In this document: in pieces, positions 56,221 through 64,000 of the stretch
Position numbering within the stretch: the stretch's first letter is position 1
Layout: every line of letters starts with the position of its first letter
Source of the DNA: Lama guanicoe
Taxonomy: Eukaryota
Reading direction: 5' to 3'
DNA: 64,000 nt
NCBI GenBank assembly: GCA_013239625.1
Contig: MU053557.1
Span: 3,378,123 to 3,442,122, forward strand
Program-made: the position numbers and the translations under genes
The notes under the pieces: model-generated
Told to the model about the DNA's origin: nothing
Database searches by the model: none
Seen by the model: the letters and a program-made list of their open reading frames with translations, nothing else

Positions 56221-57529
56221 CTTGGCAAAATTTGAAATGGATGGAATTTATTTGCAATAAAACAGGAGCTTCACAAGGCATAAAAAGAGCCAGTCCCAGA
56301 ATTTCCAAGTAGTACAGAACCTCAGAGATCAAAAAGATAACCCAGGGAAATGTTTTGACTTTGCTCTAAGTAACACAGTCAGTTCATAGTAGATTCACTG
56401 CTAAAATCCAGGTCCCCTAGACTGTATCCCCTTACGGAGTTATGGGGTTACACCTTCCTTTCTCTCCTTGCCTCCCTGGACTGGGGCTTTTGGTGCGAGA
56501 GAGGACAAGAGGAGGAGTCTCCAACATTAGAGGTGGAGCAAAGTAAGGAAAGACAAGCAGGGAGGAATGGTTCACTCCTCTTGGGGGCTGAATTATCCAT
56601 TCATAATCAGTCAGCTTCACAGTGGAAAATCAACTGGATTCTCTTTGATAACTAAGACAGTCATTTGTCAATAGCAAAGTCTGGCAGAGGTTTCTCTTCC
56701 TTAGCTCCTAAGCACCTTTGGCTGTCAGTCATCCTTTGTACTTGATACTGCTGATGATTCTGACTCTGAAGAAAGGCTCTGGGGTGGAGTTGGGGAGCTT
56801 CTCCGGAGAAGCAGCCCTGCAGCATGACAGCGTGTGAAGGCAGTCAGAGGCCCACTGGAGCCGCGCTTGCTCGCTTCTCTGAAAAACGCAGCGTTTATTG
56901 GACGGAACCAGAGAGACAATGGCATTAGCAGCACAGTGGAGTGTGAATAACGAGGTACAGGCAAACATCTGCACACACACACAAATCAGCCTGGATAATT
57001 TTAGCTCATCATCTGCTACACCCAGGATGCGTGAGTGAAATCTCTTTGAAATCTGCTCATTGGTGATAGAAGAGAGAATATTCTTTGTGCTAAAGGATAA
57101 TTGTCTTCTGATTTCTTGATTCCTTGAAATGTCTTTTGCATCAGATAAGCCCACTGTGAATGTATGGAAATATGTGTCTTGCTCAAGCTGTGTTTGAACC
57201 TGAGTTCCACATACGAGTTCACTATATGTGATTTCTCTTTTCTGCACCTTAAGCAGTAGGTTATTGAAGCTACAAGGGAATTCAGAGAGACCTTAGCTCA
57301 GAGACAGTGAATGGTCACTTGCTAAGGCAAGAATATGTTTGAGGTTCTGTGCAACACTGGGCAAAACCCTCTCCACTTTGGGCCTCAACCCTCAGGGCTG
57401 CAAAGTGAGAGAGTTGGACTCAGTGACATCTAAGGTCAATTCGAGGGCAGAAATGCTCTGGCTCTAACGTCAGGATAAAGTGTGTGTTTGGGAGGTTGGT
57501 CAATTGGTTTGACGCAAAACATTGAAAGA

Positions 57530-57970
57530 GAGAAAAAGCTCAACCTCATGCATGATCAAGGACTTGCGATTTCAAACAACAATTCCATTTTTAACCTATC
57601 AGAAGAAAACAGTTTTCAAATGCACTGTTTGGGCATGGATGTGGGGGAAACACTCCTGTAACGCAGTGCGGGTGCAAACCAGCACCTTTCTGCAGAGAAA
57701 ATGGCAACCTATTTAATAACTGAAAATGCGTATGCCTTTTTATTTAGACATTCTATTTCTAGGAATTTATGCTGGATGTACACTTGCCCAAGTGTCAAAT
57801 GACCTTAGTATAAGGATAGTCATTATAGCATTGTTTGTAAAAAGCGAAACACTAACTAGGACAACCTAAATATAAGTGAGAAAAACTACAGTGAAATATC
57901 ACGCAGCTGTGACAAATAAAAAGCAGTCCTCACAGAAAAATCTTCAAAGATGTTAATACAGAAAGACTTG
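57530..57970 (+). mobile_element. Old L1 (L1ME-like) fragment
   Basis: ctcaacctca...ccatttttaacctatcaga...attctatttctaggaatttat...attatagcattgtttgtaa. Confidence 0.65.
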
Positions 57971-59189
57971 TAGAAGTAAATTACCTTAGCTAACTGATTA
58001 AGGAAAAGCTCAAAGGTGACACTAGATTTTTTTTTTTTAAATCTTCCTCAAGACTTGAGTATCAGGAATGGGTCTAAGGCCAGCAACTCCTCCAACGAAG
58101 AACTGACCAGCCACTCTTTTCAGCCACCAGTGGTAAGGACTGGGTCTGAGGACTTGGGCTGAGGTATCCATTTATGGTGACTTCCCTGTCTTATCTCTCT
58201 TCTTGCGGTGCTCTCTTCCCAGTGATGCCCGTGTGTTACCACTTTTGGTCATAAACAGTCACCTGATAAAATGAACATCATAATAATTCCAATACTGAGT
58301 CCCTACAGTGTGCCATGCAGCATGACTAGAAATGTATGTAGTGTTTGCCACTTATCCAAAAACCTATAATCTACCTTAATATCATCTCCATTTGTCAGAG
58401 GAGAAAACTCAGCCTCTGAGAAGTTTAGTAACTTACTCAGAGAATGACAGTCAGTAAGGGATTGAAATTAGTACTTCTTTCTTCTGTGAAGGCTTATGTG
58501 TGTTTACCTGTGTGTTGTACTCCTAGGCCTTCTTTGAGGGCAAGTGGATGATTTTTCATACAGGAAGTGAAACAGTTTAAACAAGGCACTGTGATTTACT
58601 ACATATTAATCCTGTGTCCCATGCACGGTGCAGAGTCCTTGGCAAAGTGCAGTCAAGCTGTAGAGTCTTAGAAAGGACAGAAACGGACACGTGCTCTCAG
58701 TGATGCTGGCTGCCCCCTGTGAGATGCGCAACCAGCACTGATAAACGCAGTGCTCCCTAAACTTCAGGCATTTTCATCCCTCCCTAGTTTCACTATATTT
58801 ACACACCAACTATAATAATATTTTAAAATTTTTTCTTTAAATCAATTCACTCACTTTTTCCCTTAAAGTCTATCTATTCTAGCCTCAATCTAAGTAAAAC
58901 CAAAATTGTGGTATGCTAGTAATATTTTTCTAGTGTGTGCTACAATAAATGTATCACTGTGAGAAAAAAAAATCAAAGCATATTCCATCTAACAAAACAT
59001 TCTGGGAAGTAGTGGATCAATGCCAGATTGAGGCAGAGTGACCGCGCCCCTCCCAGGCCCTGTGAGCTTCTCTCACTCAGTCTTAATGATGCTGTTGCTC
59101 ACAGAAATGCGATGTGTAGGTACCAGAGTTCCGGGAGCATCGGTGTATCCTCCCTGGTGATGTATCCCACTCCAAAATGAACGGACATA

Positions 59190-59224
59190 TGCAGTCAAAT
59201 GCTCTACCCCTGAGCTATACCTCC
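59190..59224 (-). pseudogene. Tailless retropseudogene of the tRNA-Cys(GCA) 5' half
   Basis: Minus strand GGAGGTATAGCTCAGGGGTAGAGCATTTGACTGCA, ending at the anticodon; perfect 15-bp direct repeats ATGAACGGACATATG at 59177-59191 and 59225-59239; no poly(A). Confidence 0.88.
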
Positions 59225-59849
59225 ATGAACGGACATATGTATGTTCCATCGTGCAGTCTCCTTCAAGTGTTTGACTCAGACTGTTGATGTGATATGTAAC
59301 GGTGGCTTTGCAACACTGAATCTGCTATGAGTCAATGTTTGATATGTAATTCAGGTCAGAAATAGTAAGTAGTCTCCTGAAGAAAAATGGAATAGTAACA
59401 AGATGTGGTTGGCAAGAAGCCATGAGCCGAACCAAGCACTTCTAGAGAACAGAAATGGGGCTGTTTTGATGGCGACTACATTGATTAGTCTGAGAAAAGT
59501 CAGAAAAAAGCTCAGGCTGAGGATGATTTCTGAGCAAGGTTTCCCAAGATTATAAAGAGGGATTTAAATGTATATTATATACATATTAACAAAGATTTCC
59601 TTAGGAGACATTCTTGGAAGTGTGCAGTTTTTGAGTCAGCGTATGAGAATATTTTATGCATTTAAATACACATGGTGAAATGTGTATCTAGCACATGGAC
59701 CCTAGCAACAAACGAGGTTCAAGAGACAATGGAAGAAGAGTGTCAACTTGAAAGCAATAAAACAAAAACTACAATAAAATAAAGTAAAAAAAAAAAAAAA
59801 GGAATGTGGACCAAAGAAAGATTCTCATTTCCCTCAACACTGGGTTTCA

Positions 59850-60030
59850 GACTGAGTCTCAAACCTTGAAGAGAATTAGTCTCACCTTGGGGGGGTTGTT
59901 CAACACCCCGAGGCTAGGCTCCATCCCTAGAAATTCTGAATTAGGAGCTCTGGGGTGAAAACTGGGAATCTCGTTTTCAGCAAGCTCCCAGGTGATTCTG
60001 AAGAACAACACATTGCAAAACACTGACTTA
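59850..60030. mobile_element. MER5-like MITE
   Basis: tctcaaacctt...aattctgaattagga...gggaatc...caagctcccaggtgattctga. Confidence 0.7.
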
Positions 60031-60879
60031 ATGGACAGCTAGTCACGTGGGAGGTGGAACAAGCTGGAGTTATGATTACCAACACACAGTTAATGATGAT
60101 GAGTTTAGTAATCAACCTACAGAATAAGTTGTTCTTTAAACTTGTCATTTTTCATTCACAGCTTTAACTCCTATTCCTTCCATTCTAATATGAACCCTCC
60201 CTGCCCTCAGATTACCATGTTCCTGACACCGAGATGCTTCTTACTATGGACATGGTTTTCCCGAAAAGATGTTAGCAAATCAGATGTTACATAACACGAT
60301 GAACTGTGTCTTAATCAAAGAAATACAACATTTGCAGTGACCTCAAAGGTCCGCGACAGGAGGCCATTTGGAATACTGTGGATTCCTGGGTTTGAACTGT
60401 CAGTACCCTGAAAGCAGTGTGCCACTGAGGTGACTGTGGAAAGTGAGCCGAAGGTCCCAAGGCAGCCCTATTCCTTAGAAACACAGTGACTCTCCTGAGC
60501 AGTGAAGAGACCATCACCACATCAACAACAGCACATTTTGTTTTCTTGTGAAAATCACCCCCCAAAGTTCGCCAGCGGTTGGTGCTGGTGATGGGTGTGG
60601 AAAGGGTAAGAATGATCTTTTAATCTACGAAGAGGTATTTTGAAAAAAAATTGAGGATTTGAACTGTGGCAGCAAATAAGATTTATTAAATGGATGATAC
60701 AAATAGTTTAGATTCATGGAGCGCCAAAGTTTAAATGATATTTTATGACTGTGTTATGAAAACCGAATTACATTAGGAGAGTTGAGAAGATCTCAGTTTT
60801 TTGCTGAGAATGTTAAGGATCTACATTATGAAACCGTTATATATACTTGCATGTACGTATTTATGTATGAAAACACACA

Positions 60880-61325
60880 AGAGACAGAGAAAGACAAATT
60901 CAGTCTGATCTTACTTATTTGTGGAATCTAAAAATAAACAGTCTCACGGAAACAGAAATCAGAATGGTGGTTGCCAGAGGTGGGGGGTGGAGGAGGGAGG
61001 GTGGGCAAAATGAGTGAAGAGGGTCAAAAGGTACAAAATTCCTTTTTTTGTAAGAAAACTAAGTCCTGGGGATGTAATGCACAGCATGGTGACTATAGTT
61101 AACAAGACTGCATTGTATATCTGGCAGTTGCCGAGAGAGTAGATCTTAGGAAAAAATTGTAACTATGAGAGGTGATGGAATTTGCCTAAATTTATTGTGG
61201 TAATCATTTGCAATATATATATATATGTGTGTGTGTGTATGTATACATATATAAAATCACATTGTTCATCTTAAGTTTATACAATGTTATATGTCAATCA
61301 TATACCAATAAAACTGGAAAAAATA
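60880..61325 (+). mobile_element. L1 (L1MA-like) 3' UTR
   Basis: gtggaatctaaaaa...agaatggtggttgccagagg...acagcatggtgactatagtta...atgtcaatcatataccaataaaactggaaaaa. Confidence 0.82.
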
Positions 61326-62059
61326 TGAATTGTACACAGAAAAAAAAACATACAACACCCCAAATGTTTATGTACACATCTATAATTATATGTATGTGCA
61401 TATATGTACACATGCCTACAAGTACATACATAAGCATTTCTGTACATATACACATGGATCTATCTAAGTCTCTCTATATAAATAGGTACATATATACTGA
61501 TGTGTATAGTATGCATTTCAAGATATTTTAAAAATGCAATTAAGTATTTTCTACAAATTCTCTAAAGGCAATGATATTCTACTAGTCTCTGCATCCTTCA
61601 GTGCCTAATAGAGTGACCGGCATATAACAGAGACTTAATAAAATCTGAAGGAGCACTAAATAAATAGATGAGTCAGGAAACACGAGCTCTATTCTGAGCT
61701 CTTTTATTAATTACCTTCTTAAACTTAAGCAAGCCATTTAATTTCCTTGGAACCCAGTTTACTCATACTTACAATTATGGAATTGGTTTAGTTATCCTCC
61801 AAGGGACCTGGGAGGTTTTGTTTGTTTCACATATTCTAAAAATTTCAAAAAAAACTGAGTGCTTTATAACACTATAGGGATATATAGATTCTGTTGTGAC
61901 ATCTAACTTTATCATTTCTTCCATTAAATATATTAGCTGTCAAAGGAAAATGCAAATAAAATATCTGAAACCAACAGGTATGCATTATATATACAACAAA
62001 GTGTCAAGGAGAAGTAAAAAACATAGTACGTGTTCTTTTGCAATAGCTTACTTCACTTA

Positions 62060-62275
62060 AAAGTCAGAAATCCTACCATCTAGTCTGGGTTTTGCCACTA
62101 ACTAGCTAGGTGACCTTCAGAAATAAGTCAGTTAACTTTTGAGGCTCCATTTCCTAGTCTGTAAAATAAAGATGATGATACTGACTCTATCTCATGCTCA
62201 GGATTGTTGTGAGATCCATTAAGGTAATATACGTGAAAGCACTTTATACTGTGCTGTGAATATGAAGGTTGTAGT
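62060..62275 (+). mobile_element. MIR SINE
   Basis: gccactaactagctaggtgacctt...tttcctagtctgtaaaat...tgaaagcacttt. Confidence 0.68.
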
Positions 62276-62531
62276 TTTACCCCTCAACACCAATGTTTTA
62301 ATGGTATTCAGCTATATATTTTTATGGTGCCATGAATCCAAAATGCACCAAGGCTCTGCTAAAGAGAAACATAAAATAAGATGACAGATGTGATGGGAAA
62401 CAGCTCTGAAAACTTAATTACATTATGCAAATGTAAGGTAATAATATTATTTTAGATCTTGATGCAGATTTCTGAATCAGTTATACGGACACATTCCAAG
62501 TAGTACAGGTTGAGATAAAAAAAATTAATGT

Positions 62532-62675
62532 GGGGGGAGGGTATAGCTCAAGTGGTTGAGCACATGCTTTGCATGCATGAGGTCCTGGGCTCAATCCTCA
62601 GTACCTCCCCACAAAATAAATAAACCCAATTACCCCTGCCCCCCAATTAAACAACACAATAATAAATAAAACATT
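62532..62675 (+). mobile_element. tRNA-derived SINE, camelid vic-1 type
   Basis: ggggagggtatagctcaagtgg...ggtcctgggctcaatcctcagtacctcc, A-rich tail, 13-bp TSD AAAAAATTAATGT (62519-31, 62676-88). Confidence 0.88.
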
Positions 62676-64000
62676 AAAAAATTAATGTATCTGAACAGAG
62701 AGGAATAGACATCTTTATACTATTTCTTAAAAAGTCTTAATTAGGCTCTTAAATTTTTCTGAAAATTATTCACTCATGTTGGAAAGATGTTAAATGACAA
62801 TATTCTATGACGGTAGAGATATAAATGGATCTACATTTAAAAATAAGTTTTCTTATTTTTATTTTCAGAGGGACTTTGAGAACATGGGCTTGATGACAAA
62901 GAGAATATGACTATTGCTGCCAAGAAAAAGATGTTTGTGCCTCATATGGGGAAGCACGCATCAAACCCAGAGCCTGCAATTTCCTAGAGTCATAATGAGG
63001 TAGTTTCCAGTCTGCAGGAGTGATGAGAAATGGTATATTCTATTCATTGATTCATTTATTCGTTCTTTCAACAAGTATTTATTTTGCACTGGGTACTATG
63101 CTTGAAAGTGGAGACTCAGTAGTGAATAAAAAGGATGGGATTCTTTCCTTCCCACACTTTTCAATCAGGCAGAGGAAAACAAATGTTAACAAACATGGAC
63201 GAGGGTAGGATACTGGTGAGAAGGCAGACAGCCTAAAGAGACAGATACTTATGGGAACTGTGGGGGCAACCTAATTTTCTTAAGCTTCAGTTTCCTTACG
63301 GATAAAAATGGAACAATACTATCACTGATGTCATGATTATTTTAGAAGAGTAAATGGAACAATGGAGGTAAATTATAGCATGCAATACATAATAAATTCT
63401 TCTTAAATGATAGACTTTAAGGTGTTGATAAAGATCTCTCACCAGCTATCCAACTGTTTTAAAGTTGGGTAGACTTTATGTCACATTAGAATATTCTACA
63501 AGGAACCTTGCTTTATTCATAATTTAGATCTCTAAAATGTATGGGCATGTTGCCCTTTGAACTTGGTTTTCTGATATGAGCTTGTGAGTTCTGACCCTTG
63601 GCTTTGTCTCCGGTCTCCAAGTTCACACCTACCATCAGACCTGTGTCTGAAACTGCTCCTCCAGTTCTGGACTTCCCTTCTCGGCTACAAGCCACACTCA
63701 TCTGCAGAAGTCATGTTTTCCACCTACTCCAGGTAATAACTGCATGGACTCATAGGGCCAAGATTCCCACCTGGTTCGTCCCATCCTGGGGAAGGTATTT
63801 AGTCAGTTTCATTTGAAATAGAGCAAATTATGCTCCCTAGGTCTCATTTTCTGCATGCATTAAATAACAAGATTTGTAGCCATCATTTTTTAAATTCCTG
63901 TTTCTCCTTCCTTTATATTATGGTGTGAAAATGATCATATTTTGCATAGAGTCCTCTGTAAAATCCTATGAAATCTGTTGAAACAGTAGGAACATATAGG

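Noticed and set aside
56729..57247. 172-codon minus-strand ORF
   Set aside because: Non-ATG start, no recognisable homology or exon structure; within chance for intronic DNA
31099..64000. JAKMIP2 first exon/promoter, nested gene or REST/RE1 site
   Set aside because: No CpG island, spliceable coding exons or full RE1 consensus seen by eye; content is dominated by interspersed repeats

Overview
Mammalian genomic DNA, most likely camelid (inferred from three tRNA-derived vic-1-type SINEs and no recognisable Alu, Bov-A/tA or PRE-1). The window holds the 5' coding part of JAKMIP2 (Janus kinase and microtubule interacting protein 2 / NECC1) on the minus strand. Thirteen coding exons run from the ATG at 30962 to the window edge at 1 (611 codons, last exon cut off), all with GT-AG boundaries and phase-0 introns. 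Positions 31099-64000 look like one large upstream intron filled with L1, L2, MIR, MER and LTR remnants; the first non-coding exon and promoter were not found. Exon numbers assume the first coding exon is exon 2. I see no convincing new biological system. The best second-look items are a tailless tRNA-Cys 5'-half retropseudogene with a perfect 15-bp target-site duplication (TSD), a strong-context uORF, a candidate 12-nt microexon, a candidate intronic polyadenylation isoform, and an intact solo ERV LTR. Repeat family names come from motif recognition, not a database search.
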